Under the pieces are notes generated by a model that worked only from the letters and a program-made list of their open reading frames with translations, made no database searches and had not been told where the DNA came from. DNA of 64,000 bases from an uncultured SAR86 cluster bacterium. Lineage in GTDB: Bacteria; Pseudomonadota; Gammaproteobacteria; Magnimaribacterales; TMED112. The position numbers and the translations under genes were made by a program. The stretch is taken from contig CABZLG010000004.1 of NCBI GenBank assembly GCA_902526535.1, positions 1,815-65,814 of the forward strand, read 5' to 3'. Positions 9,295-18,660 of this stretch are shown here, piece after piece; the first letter of the stretch is position 1, and each line of letters begins with the position of its first letter.

Positions 9295-10548
9295 CTATTT
9301 GCACTGATAGTCCTCAAGATTATCTAACCCTAATGCCTTTTTTATTGCAAAAAATACATCTGTATTATCCATTACACCAGAGAAGTTTTCTGCTCCCGGC
9401 CCTTGGGCAAATACCGGAATCATAATTCCAGTATGAGTACCCCTACCTATGGCTGTATTCCATGAAATTTTCATTTTTCCTGTCTCCCTATAGCGTGCAT
9501 CATCTTGTTCAATAAGAAGCCCTCCCGTTTCATGATCTGCTGTGACTATTACAAGAGTATCATTATTTTCTTTAGCAAAATTGAGAGCTTTCTCGACTGT
9601 TTTTTCAAATTCCTGCATTTCTTTTAAATAATATTCGTAATCATTATCATGTGATGCCCAATCTATCTTTGAACCCTCAGCCATTATAAAAAATCCTTTA
9701 CATCCGTCTTCAAGCATCCTTTTAGATTCTTTAATAGAAAAATCTAACATTTCTAATAAATTTGGTTCAAATTCTGTTCTTTCTAAATCATCTTCAGCAA
9801 ACAAACCAAATATTCTTTTTCTATCAATGTAATTAAAATTGTCTATGTCTTTTTTTGTTTCAAGATAATGGAAATTCTTTTTTATTTTTTTAACAAAATT
9901 TATCCCGTCCTCTCTTGTCCCTCCTTCCTCAATTGGAAGAAAATAGTCTGTCCCACCGCCAAGTACTATATGATTTTTTGAGTTGTAAATATGTTCGGCT
10001 ATCTCTTCTTTTTTATATCTTGAACTTACATGAGAGGCAAAGGCTGCTGGTGTTGCATGAGTAATTTCTGAAGTAGAAATTATTGTATTTACAAAGCCCT
10101 TTATAAATAGCATTTCAGTTATATTTTTAATGGGTTTTTTATTGTGATCCACACCTACATATCTATTTATAGTTTTGATACCCGTACTGAATGCTGTCGC
10201 AGAAGCGGCTGAGTCTGTAACCAAAGAATTATAAGCATGAGTTTTTACGAATCCTGAAAAATCAAATTTATCAAAAGATAGCTTATGGTTAGGTCCTCCA
10301 AGAATATTCCTATAAACTGAAATATGTGTTGGCCCCATTCCATCACCTATAAGTAAGATTATATTTCTAGCTTTAACGTCAACCTGTTTCAATTCTTTTG
10401 GATTTATATCTTTTTTAAAATCTATAGGAAGTATTTTTTTATCTTTTTCAGGCACCTCTATCAATAAGGGCGCATATTCATTAATTATCAAAAAAGTAAT
10501 TATTGATGAAATAATAGCTACCAAAAGATACTTAAAAAAATTATTCAT
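9295..10548 (-). CDS. phoA: alkaline phosphatase, PhoA family (Zn2/Mg enzyme), membrane-anchored or secreted
   Basis: 417 aa with an N-terminal hydrophobic anchor. Metal and active-site motifs are GDGMG, TDSAASATAF (nucleophilic Ser), VTADHETGG and GTHTG. Confidence 0.9.
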   Translation of the reverse strand: MNNFFKYLLVAIISSIITFLIINEYAPLLIEVPEKDKKILPIDFKKDINPKELKQVDVKARNIILLIGDGMGPTHISVYRNILGGPNHKLSFDKFDFSGFVKTHAYNSLVTDSAASATAFSTGIKTINRYVGVDHNKKPIKNITEMLFIKGFVNTIISTSEITHATPAAFASHVSSRYKKEEIAEHIYNSKNHIVLGGGTDYFLPIEEGGTREDGINFVKKIKKNFHYLETKKDIDNFNYIDRKRIFGLFAEDDLERTEFEPNLLEMLDFSIKESKRMLEDGCKGFFIMAEGSKIDWASHDNDYEYYLKEMQEFEKTVEKALNFAKENNDTLVIVTADHETGGLLIEQDDARYRETGKMKISWNTAIGRGTHTGIMIPVFAQGPGAENFSGVMDNTDVFFAIKKALGLDNLEDYQCK

Positions 10549-11368
10549 TTTTTAAATCTAAAGCATCAAGCTTTTGCTTTATTTGATCGTTTTCAGATTG
10601 TTCATAATCAAAATCAATCACAGAACCTTCCCAGTCGCCATACGTTGGATTTGCAATCATAAACCATACAAAACCCCAGAAGGAGTCTGTTTGCTCTACT
10701 ATAGAATTTCGAAATTTAGATGATTTCTTATTTTGTTGACCATCGATAAAATCTCCAAGATTATCTCCAATTATTTGTAGGATTCTGTAATTTTCTGCAA
10801 TAAGAGCTACTCGCGAGGATTTATTTCTATCCCATGATGGTTTCTCATATCTAGTTAAGATTTGATCTATATCATCTGATAAATCAAACCCTTCTTTAAC
10901 AAGATTATTTCTTGTGGCTGGTTCTAATTCATTGAGTCTATTTGTTACAAAAAAGATTTCAACGCCAAGTTCTTTTGCTGTTTTCATGTAGGATAAAGCT
11001 CCTGGTAAAAAAGTGGCTTTCTCTTCTTTTACCCACTCTATCCACCCATCTGGATAATTAGTATTATTTACTATTAAACGAGCTTGATATGCACTGTTAC
11101 TAAAGACCGTTTCATCAATATCCAGAATGATTGCAGGTGGCTTATCAAAAAAATTCTTCTCTCCGTTCATTTGATCAATTGAGGCTGAAATTTCCTTTTG
11201 TTTCAGAAGAAATGGAATTGTAGCTTCGGCAGTTTTAAAAGTTGTTCTAATGTGAGCTTTATACTCTGCAGATTCTTGTATATAAAGAGTTGCCATTAGA
11301 GATTCATGTTCCCTATCGTCAGCCAGAGAAATAAAACTTAATAGCAGAAGAGCTAATAAATTTTTCAT
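10541..11368 (-). CDS. secreted HAD-superfamily class B acid phosphatase / 5'-nucleotidase of the e(P4) family
   Basis: 275 aa with a signal peptide. DDDD-type motifs are ILDIDETVFSN, FFVTNR and IGDNLGDF. 8-nt overlap with the phoA start. Confidence 0.8.
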   Translation of the reverse strand: MKNLLALLLLSFISLADDREHESLMATLYIQESAEYKAHIRTTFKTAEATIPFLLKQKEISASIDQMNGEKNFFDKPPAIILDIDETVFSNSAYQARLIVNNTNYPDGWIEWVKEEKATFLPGALSYMKTAKELGVEIFFVTNRLNELEPATRNNLVKEGFDLSDDIDQILTRYEKPSWDRNKSSRVALIAENYRILQIIGDNLGDFIDGQQNKKSSKFRNSIVEQTDSFWGFVWFMIANPTYGDWEGSVIDFDYEQSENDQIKQKLDALDLKNE

Positions 11369-11410
11369 TGGTAAATAATATACTATTTTGTTGTTACAAA
11401 AATGTGAAAA

Positions 11411-13984
11411 TTAATTGTCGAATATTAGTTGAAAATTCACCCTTATCATTCTTCCTCTTGGATCATGTAAGCGTGAGTCCCAACTAAAATCTGGTGCATT
11501 GTATAGTCTTGGAGCCTTTTCATCGAAAAGATTTATTATTCCAATAGAAGTCTTTAAATCATAATCACCAGAATTATTATTAATTTGTAGATATTGTGAA
11601 ATTGGTAGTTCTAATGAAATGTCAAAAATTAAACTTGAATCAACTTTATTTTTATAGCCAAGTGATAAAGCTTTAGATGAAATTGTTCGGTTATTTATGT
11701 ATCCATCTAGATACCTTGCAATTAGCGAATACTTTGATTTATTTTTTTTGAAATTTATAAAAGTATTTATTCTATTTTTTGGCAATGAATGAGTATGTGC
11801 ATCAAAATTATGCTTGCCAACACGGTTAATCATAGTGATGCCATTTTCATTCTGCTCTGGTGTTAAAAATTCAATCAAGTTTGTTCCTTGTAGAATGAGT
11901 TCAATTTCGCCATTAAAAAAGTTCTTAACTGTACTTAATCCATAATCGATGCCACTTAGAACTGTTGATTCTTCGTTAAAATAAGTTGTTGTGACACCTA
12001 TTAAATCTCCTAATTCATTTCTTGTTATTGATGGGCCAAAAGGATCTTCGCTTAATAAAGCTTGGGCACTTTGTCCTTCAATCCTATTTTCAAAGTCTAT
12101 TTCCCAATAATCAAAACTAATTCTATTTCCATTATTACCATAAATTAAACCAAGATTAGTATTTGTTGATTCTGCTGGTTTAAGATCTGCATTACCTATT
12201 TGTGCCTGTCTTACAAAAACTGAACTTTCAATATCTCTTACACTGCCCAATTTAATATCACTTGAAAACATTTGTCCCATAGAAGGCATAGTAAAAGAAG
12301 TGCCAGATGAAATTCTGAAAGAAAAATTTTCAAAAAACTTATATTTAAAAGATAACTTTGGGTCGAAGGAAGAGAAATTTTCAGATTTTTCAAACCTCCC
12401 AGAAAAACGATAATCAAAATTTGGAAGGAATGAGCTATCTAATTCGAAATATAAAGAATACTTATTGCGACTCTCATTTACATTTTTTCCTCCTCCAAGG
12501 AAAAATAGATCTGCTGTTTTAATAATCTTGCCATCTGAGTCAAATTCAGCTCGTGAGATTTCATTAAAGTCTATATCTAAGTTTTCCACACTAGCTTGAG
12601 TTCCAAAAGCTAGATTTATATTTCCATATGAAGTTTGGGTAAGAATATCAAAAGTTGTGAGATCACCGATTTTGTCTGATATCTCTGCGCCTTTAATATG
12701 CTCTACAAGTTCGATTGAGTTTTGAGATGGATCAAAAATATTCCATTGTAAATCTCCTGATTCACCTCCATTTCCATAGAGTGCTGATAAAAATCTAGAA
12801 TCTACAATATCAGGTCTATTATGAAAGTTTTCGTGCTGACTATTAGTGACGGAAGTTTCTAAACTAAAATTTTCAAAATCTATAAGAAAACTGTAATTAA
12901 AATGATATTGAGAAATATCTTTTGGAGATTCTCTCCAAGGATACCTGCCCCCTAATGGCCTTCCATACCATCTTACAGGAACATTGAAGGGACTACCTCC
13001 TACTCCTGGCTCAATATCTCTAGCAAGAAATGGAAGTGCAGGATACGATGGGGATTGAGGATTATCGTTTACCTTTACATTCGAAAAAATTAATGAAAAA
13101 TCGTGATTTCTATTACTTAATCTTGTGTAGAACTTTTCGTGTGACTCATCATTTACAATATTAAAACCCCTTCCATAAGCAAAACGACAACGTCCATCTA
13201 ATATTCCTCCATTTTCGATGCAATTTGGATCAGGAATTGTTTGACCATTTGAATATTCACCAGCATACAATCCACTTTCAATTACGTCATCACCTAAAAT
13301 TTTAAAAGAGTTACCTAAACCACTCACGCTCAATTCTGAAATTTGATCAATTTCATAGGCTTTAAGTGGGGTTCTTTCCATTCTTTCAAAACTAAACACC
13401 AAATTAAAATTCTCAAAATCTTTTCCATAAAGAAAACCAAAACCAATGTCATTTTGGTTGTAATTTGTAGAGTATTGGCTATCTAAATCTAATTTATAGC
13501 CGCTAAATTTTTTTACAGTTATAAAATTTATAACTCCTGCAACAGCATCAGAACCATATATCGAAGTAGCTCCCTCTTTAAGAACTTCCATTTTTGTAAG
13601 AGCAATTTTTGGAATAATATTTGCATCTACATAGCCCTCTCCGTTGTATGAAGGAGTGCCAGTAAATGTTTGTCTCTTTGAATTTATAAGAAGCAATGTA
13701 GAAGCATGATCAAGACCTCTGAGAGTAATAGCGGACATTCCCTGATCTACTCCATCCATTGTATTTGTTTGAAAATGTGAACCAGAGGATGCAGATAAAT
13801 ATTTACTTATTTCAGCAATAGTTGAAACACCAATTTCATCGAATTTCTCTGCTGTAATTATTTCTACAGGGGAGAACTTTGATTTAGATTCTTTAAGAAG
13901 AGTGCCAGTAGTGATAACCTCCTCTATTTCCTCATTTGAGAAAATAGAAAAGGATATCAATATTAGCAGGAATAATTTGATCAT
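11411..13984 (-). CDS. TonB-dependent outer-membrane receptor
   Basis: 857 aa with a signal peptide and plug-domain motifs (EEVITTG..., VLKEGATSIYGSDAVAGVINFIT). The C-terminal part is long and rich in beta-strands. Confidence 0.85.
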   Translation of the reverse strand: MIKLFLLILISFSIFSNEEIEEVITTGTLLKESKSKFSPVEIITAEKFDEIGVSTIAEISKYLSASSGSHFQTNTMDGVDQGMSAITLRGLDHASTLLLINSKRQTFTGTPSYNGEGYVDANIIPKIALTKMEVLKEGATSIYGSDAVAGVINFITVKKFSGYKLDLDSQYSTNYNQNDIGFGFLYGKDFENFNLVFSFERMERTPLKAYEIDQISELSVSGLGNSFKILGDDVIESGLYAGEYSNGQTIPDPNCIENGGILDGRCRFAYGRGFNIVNDESHEKFYTRLSNRNHDFSLIFSNVKVNDNPQSPSYPALPFLARDIEPGVGGSPFNVPVRWYGRPLGGRYPWRESPKDISQYHFNYSFLIDFENFSLETSVTNSQHENFHNRPDIVDSRFLSALYGNGGESGDLQWNIFDPSQNSIELVEHIKGAEISDKIGDLTTFDILTQTSYGNINLAFGTQASVENLDIDFNEISRAEFDSDGKIIKTADLFFLGGGKNVNESRNKYSLYFELDSSFLPNFDYRFSGRFEKSENFSSFDPKLSFKYKFFENFSFRISSGTSFTMPSMGQMFSSDIKLGSVRDIESSVFVRQAQIGNADLKPAESTNTNLGLIYGNNGNRISFDYWEIDFENRIEGQSAQALLSEDPFGPSITRNELGDLIGVTTTYFNEESTVLSGIDYGLSTVKNFFNGEIELILQGTNLIEFLTPEQNENGITMINRVGKHNFDAHTHSLPKNRINTFINFKKNKSKYSLIARYLDGYINNRTISSKALSLGYKNKVDSSLIFDISLELPISQYLQINNNSGDYDLKTSIGIINLFDEKAPRLYNAPDFSWDSRLHDPRGRMIRVNFQLIFDN

Positions 13985-14027
13985 TAATTCCTAATATATG
14001 GACGAGTTTTAATAACCCATCAATATA

Positions 14028-16301
14028 TTAGAAATTTAATTTCAACCTAACTCCTACGTTCCTTCCTGGTAAAGGAACTTCGTTTTTAACAAAAGACGTA
14101 TGGTTTCTTGCTACCTCATCAAGAATGTTATTAGCAAAAACAGAAACTGATATTTCTGAACCAGCTGCGAAATCAAATGTTTTCATTGCTTTCAAATCTA
14201 ACATTCGAAACCCACTTGTAACTGTTTCGTCTTTACCTATGTCATCTTGTTTCCCGACATCTTTGAGAGTAACTTTCAATTCATAAGCATCATTATTTGC
14301 ATACTTTACAGAATAGATATTTCTAGCCGGCACTACTCTTGATACTTTTGTACCATCAGCGAATTTTCCATTCACTGCGTCTCTTCCAAAACTTAAATCT
14401 AAATAACCATTTGCAAGATCAATTTTTCTTCCAAATTGGAATTCATATCCGTTAAATTTTGCATCTTTCTGCATGTATTCTGCTCTTTGAAGTCCACCAT
14501 GATCATCGTGTTCGTCTTCATGTTCATCTTCATCATGACCGTCTTCATCATGATCATCTTCATCATGATGTTCTTCCACATCTTGAAGATATAAGAATTT
14601 ATTTATATCATTCCTAAAGACTGCCATCGATCCATAATAATCACCATTTCTATAATCAAAAGTAACATCAATATTATTTGAATTTTCAACATCTAGATCT
14701 GGATCACCAACTTCAAATCTTCCTCTCGCTAAGTGAGGTCCATTCATGAAAAGTTCCATGGCACCAGGCGCTCTAGCAACAGACGCAAAATTAATACTTG
14801 CTCCAAGATTATCAGTGAATTCTCTACCTAGACTGAATGAATAACTATATTCATTAAAATCAAGATCATAGTAGTCAATCTCTTCTTCATGCTCTTCTTC
14901 TTCACCATGATCATCTTCCTCATGATGTTCCTCCTCATGATGAATAATGCCGCCTTCTCTATTTATTTTGTCAAATCTAAATCCAAATTTAACGTCATAA
15001 ACATCGAAGTTTGTACCAGTGTAATAACCTAGCATAAACATTTCAGATGTCACTGGAGCCATATGTGCTTCTGATCCAACAACAGCCATATCGCTATTAA
15101 TTGAAGACATCATTAGCTTTCTTGAAACTACATCATTCCCAAAATCGAAAACTGTAGAAAACTCAGTTGCATCATTTAGAAAACTTGTAGGTCCTCCATG
15201 GCCACCATGTTCATCATGCTCTTCCTCATCCTCATGTTCATCATGGTCTTCTTCCATCTCCATATGTTGCTCGGTATGGATATAATCAGTATCTCTAAAA
15301 TTGAACATAATTTTTTTCAAGACTTCACCTTTAACCATGTAGGCACCCTGAATATCAAAAGCTTCTGAATTTGTTGATGAAAAAATTCGTTCTTCTCCAT
15401 GCTCATCATGATCGTCTTCATCACCGTGCTCATCTCCATGTTCATCACCGTGCGCTCCGGGTGGTTCAACGTGGTATGGAAGTCCAAAAAGGCTTTCTTG
15501 ATCTCTGAAACCAACACCAAAGTACCCCCAGTCACCTGTTTTAGAGATACCAATCCTTTGAGCAGTTTTTGCAGCATCAGAATTTGCTAGAAAACTTGTT
15601 TCTTCATCTTCATGATGATCTTCCTCATGGTCTTCATCATGGTCTTCATCTTCATGATGTTCTTCCTCCATATGAATTACAGCTCCATCAGGAATGTCGT
15701 AATTGCCAAAACTTGAATCCTTGAAAGCAAGACTTACATTAAATCCAGCAATATTATTCTTGTAAGAGAAACTCTGTGAATCTCCTTCACTTACGCTTTG
15801 TGTTTCAAGTCCAAGGTTAATTTCCTGTTCATTAAAATCCTTCTTAGCTATTAAATCATCAACAATATTAATAATTCCTCCAACAGTACCTTTTGCATAA
15901 AGCAAAGATGAGGGTCCTCTTACTATCTCAACTTGTTTAATATCATTAAAGTCAATTTCATTAGTATGGTCACCGCCCATTCCAGATACATCCTGAACTA
16001 CAAAACCATTGTTAAGAATCTTTACCCTTGTGCCTGTCATACCTCTTATTACAGGTCTACCGACAGCAGCTCCGTAATCTTGAGATGAGACTCCCAGAAG
16101 ATCATCTAAAGTTTCACCAAGACTTTGTGTAGCAGAACTGTCGATATCATCACCTTCAACAACGTGTAAAGGATCTTCTATATCTGCTAAAGCTGAAGAT
16201 GTAAGTGATGAAGTAACAACTACTTCTTCTACGTCTTCTTGTGCATGTAAGCTATTTACTATAAAAACACTCATTAAAAGTGTAAAAAAATAATTTTTCA
16301 T
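14028..16301 (-). CDS. TonB-dependent outer-membrane receptor with five His/Asp/Glu-rich insertions (ZnuD-like metal receptor candidate)
   Basis: 757 aa with a signal peptide (..SLHA) and plug motifs (EEVVVTSS, IEIVRGPSSLLYAKGTVGGIINIV). The terminal barrel strand ends in F (VRLKLNF). Five tracts of the type HEDEDHDEDHEEDHHEDEE are present. Confidence 0.85.
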   Translation of the reverse strand: MKNYFFTLLMSVFIVNSLHAQEDVEEVVVTSSLTSSALADIEDPLHVVEGDDIDSSATQSLGETLDDLLGVSSQDYGAAVGRPVIRGMTGTRVKILNNGFVVQDVSGMGGDHTNEIDFNDIKQVEIVRGPSSLLYAKGTVGGIINIVDDLIAKKDFNEQEINLGLETQSVSEGDSQSFSYKNNIAGFNVSLAFKDSSFGNYDIPDGAVIHMEEEHHEDEDHDEDHEEDHHEDEETSFLANSDAAKTAQRIGISKTGDWGYFGVGFRDQESLFGLPYHVEPPGAHGDEHGDEHGDEDDHDEHGEERIFSSTNSEAFDIQGAYMVKGEVLKKIMFNFRDTDYIHTEQHMEMEEDHDEHEDEEEHDEHGGHGGPTSFLNDATEFSTVFDFGNDVVSRKLMMSSINSDMAVVGSEAHMAPVTSEMFMLGYYTGTNFDVYDVKFGFRFDKINREGGIIHHEEEHHEEDDHGEEEEHEEEIDYYDLDFNEYSYSFSLGREFTDNLGASINFASVARAPGAMELFMNGPHLARGRFEVGDPDLDVENSNNIDVTFDYRNGDYYGSMAVFRNDINKFLYLQDVEEHHDEDDHDEDGHDEDEHEDEHDDHGGLQRAEYMQKDAKFNGYEFQFGRKIDLANGYLDLSFGRDAVNGKFADGTKVSRVVPARNIYSVKYANNDAYELKVTLKDVGKQDDIGKDETVTSGFRMLDLKAMKTFDFAAGSEISVSVFANNILDEVARNHTSFVKNEVPLPGRNVGVRLKLNF

Positions 16302-16343
16302 TTTACCTCCTTTAAAAAATTAAAATTTAAATAATTGGGATCT

Positions 16344-16613
16344 TTATTTTTGTGGTGGGGCTCTTGTAAGAAAGTTATTGAAATCGATAGCTAGAAGATA
16401 TTCTCCAAGATCAAGTTCAATAAAATAAAGTTTAGTGATTAATTTTTCTACTTCAACAGAAGCGGTAGCCTCAATTTCGGTATGACAAACATAACACTCA
16501 ACTTCTTCATGATGATCAATATAATCATCTGCATGGCTAAGTGAGTCAAATGTAATGGTTGCTACAAAAATCATTGCAGCTAATGATATGAATGAAAAAC
16601 TCTTCTTAGACAT
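16344..16613 (-). CDS. small exported protein with His-rich segment and CXXCH motif, unknown function
   Basis: 89 aa with an N-terminal signal/anchor, followed by HADDYIDHHEEVECYVCH. It lies 42 nt upstream of the His-rich TonB-dependent receptor on the same strand. Confidence 0.5.
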   Translation of the reverse strand: MSKKSFSFISLAAMIFVATITFDSLSHADDYIDHHEEVECYVCHTEIEATASVEVEKLITKLYFIELDLGEYLLAIDFNNFLTRAPPQK

Positions 16614-16662
16614 ATCGAAATAGTATCTTATTATTCAAAAATTAAAAGTGTTTGAGTAAAAA

Positions 16663-16739
<77 letters not shown>

Positions 16740-16798
16740 GAGGAAAGACATTATATGGTTTTTGATCGTATTTAGGTAGAGTAAAATAATTTAATCTC

Positions 16799-18622
16799 AT
16801 GAATCTTAAATTTGGTTTGATAGCACTATTAATTTCATCTTTTCTTGCTTCTATTGTGCAGTTCAATTTTGGTAAAACAGAAATTACGCTGGAGAAACTA
16901 GATACAGGCAAAGGCCAATATATTTATTACGATCTATATAAACCTAAGATAGCCTCTGAGAAGAATAAAGTCCCCTTCATAGCTATTATTCCTGGCTTCC
17001 AAAGATCGAAAGAAGCACTTTCTAACATCGCAATAGAGCTTTCTCGAAGAGGTTATGTTGTGGGTTTAATAGATCCATATGCGCAAGGACTTTCAAGTTC
17101 TTCAAGGAGTAGGATTGCAGCAACAACACAAGGCTATGGTATGTTCGCTTTAATAGAACATGTGAATGAAAGCTCTGACTTTAATTTCATCAATAAAGAA
17201 CTTTTAGGCTCAACTGGACACTCTATGGGAGGGAATGCAGCAATTAGAGGTGCAAATTATTTTGGAAAGAAAGCAGACGAACAAAATAAGAAGAGTCTTC
17301 TGCATTCTGTTTACGTTTCCGGCTATGTTTTAACACTTCGAGATGATGTCCTAAAAGATGTTAGATCAAATGTGGGGGTCAGTTACGCATTGTACGATGA
17401 GGGCTCATTTAGGAATGAGTTAAAAAATTGGGATGCGGCAAATATGAAAATCGCTCCAGAATCTTTACGGACAGTTAACAGCGGTTTAAAGAAGGAAGAG
17501 CATATTTCTGAAGTTGAATTAGGGAAATATTATGGTGACTTGGAGTCAAATACACTCAGAGTAATTTTTAATGAAGAATTACTTCATCCATTTCAACCCT
17601 ACAATGCGGAAGCAACTGCTAACCAATTAGCTTATTTTGAGAATGTATTTGGTGCCCCAATAAAACTCGATACATATGATCAAATCTGGCAATGGAAAGA
17701 GTTCTTTACTTTATTAAATATGATTATTTCCTTTTGGCTTTTAATTCCCTTAACAAGAACACTATTAAAAATTAATTTCTTTAAGACACTGGTTAAACCT
17801 ATACCTGAAGCTTTACCAGTTCAAAATAGAGTAGGAAAAACTATATTTTGGTCAGTCTTTTTTATTAGTGCTGCAATAGCATGTGTAACTTTTATTCCTC
17901 TTGTTGAAGTAGCAAAAATACTATTTCCAGAAGCTGCCACAAGACAACTTACTTGGTTTTTTCCACAAAGAATGAATAACTCAGTTATGCTCTGGGCGCT
18001 CTTGAACGGCTCAATTGGAATATTGCTTTTCTTTTTTTCATACTATTTTTTTGGAAAGAAACATGGAGTAAAAATTAATTCATGGGGCTTAGAGCTCTCT
18101 TTCAAGGACATATACAAAACCATCTTACTGGGTTTAATTATTTTTATTGTGTATTTCTCTTTACTCTTTTTAATTTACTTCTTGTTTCACATTGATTATA
18201 GATTTTGGTTTATGGGTGTAAGGATTTTTCAACCTGAAATGCTTTTAGTCTTAGCAATTTACTTCCCTTTCTTTTTTGTCTTTTTCTTTTCAAATTCTTT
18301 AAGAGTAAATGGTGGTATGAGATTTAAAAATCAGCCCGAATGGCTATCAAGGTTAATTGCAGGATTTGCTAATTCTGGCGGATTAATTTTAATAATAGTT
18401 ATTCAATATATTACTTATGGTTTTACAGGTGAAGTTTTTTGGACTACAAATTGGCTAAGTGTGAATTTATTATTTGGTATCGTTCCGATAATGTTTATTT
18501 TGCCTTATTTCAATAGGATCTTTTTTTACATGACTGGTAGATCTTTGCTTGGCCCTATAGTTACGTGTCTAATTTTTATAATGATCCTCTCAACAAATAC
18601 GGTGGTGTATTTACCAATTTAA
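16799..18622 (+). CDS. fusion protein: N-terminal alpha/beta-hydrolase domain plus C-terminal polytopic membrane domain, unknown function
   Basis: 607 aa with an N-terminal signal/anchor and a GHSMGG nucleophile elbow at about aa 140-150. The C-terminal ~300 aa contain about 8-9 hydrophobic helices with no motif I recognise. Confidence 0.6.
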   Translation: MNLKFGLIALLISSFLASIVQFNFGKTEITLEKLDTGKGQYIYYDLYKPKIASEKNKVPFIAIIPGFQRSKEALSNIAIELSRRGYVVGLIDPYAQGLSSSSRSRIAATTQGYGMFALIEHVNESSDFNFINKELLGSTGHSMGGNAAIRGANYFGKKADEQNKKSLLHSVYVSGYVLTLRDDVLKDVRSNVGVSYALYDEGSFRNELKNWDAANMKIAPESLRTVNSGLKKEEHISEVELGKYYGDLESNTLRVIFNEELLHPFQPYNAEATANQLAYFENVFGAPIKLDTYDQIWQWKEFFTLLNMIISFWLLIPLTRTLLKINFFKTLVKPIPEALPVQNRVGKTIFWSVFFISAAIACVTFIPLVEVAKILFPEAATRQLTWFFPQRMNNSVMLWALLNGSIGILLFFFSYYFFGKKHGVKINSWGLELSFKDIYKTILLGLIIFIVYFSLLFLIYFLFHIDYRFWFMGVRIFQPEMLLVLAIYFPFFFVFFFSNSLRVNGGMRFKNQPEWLSRLIAGFANSGGLILIIVIQYITYGFTGEVFWTTNWLSVNLLFGIVPIMFILPYFNRIFFYMTGRSLLGPIVTCLIFIMILSTNTVVYLPI

Positions 18623-18660
18623 GGCCTTTAATTATTATTTTTTAATAATATTTAAGAGTT

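Noticed and set aside
14399-15590. Short ORFs at 14399..14581, 15317..15577 and 15399..15590, plus repetitive CAT/GAT/GAA-type DNA that could be mistaken for a tandem repeat or CRISPR-like array.
   Set aside because: They are alternative-frame or antisense readings of the His/Asp/Glu-rich tracts of the TonB-dependent receptor. There are no regular repeat-spacer units, and the repeats are codon-level low complexity within one intact ORF.
16614-16662. I looked for Zur, Fur or Pho boxes upstream of the receptor/phosphatase locus, and in the gaps at 16302-16343 and 13985-14027.
   Set aside because: I could see no convincing match to the GAAATGTTATAWTATAACATTTC-type (Zur), GATAATGATAATCATTATC-type (Fur) or CTGTCAT-repeat (Pho) consensus. 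Regulation remains unknown.
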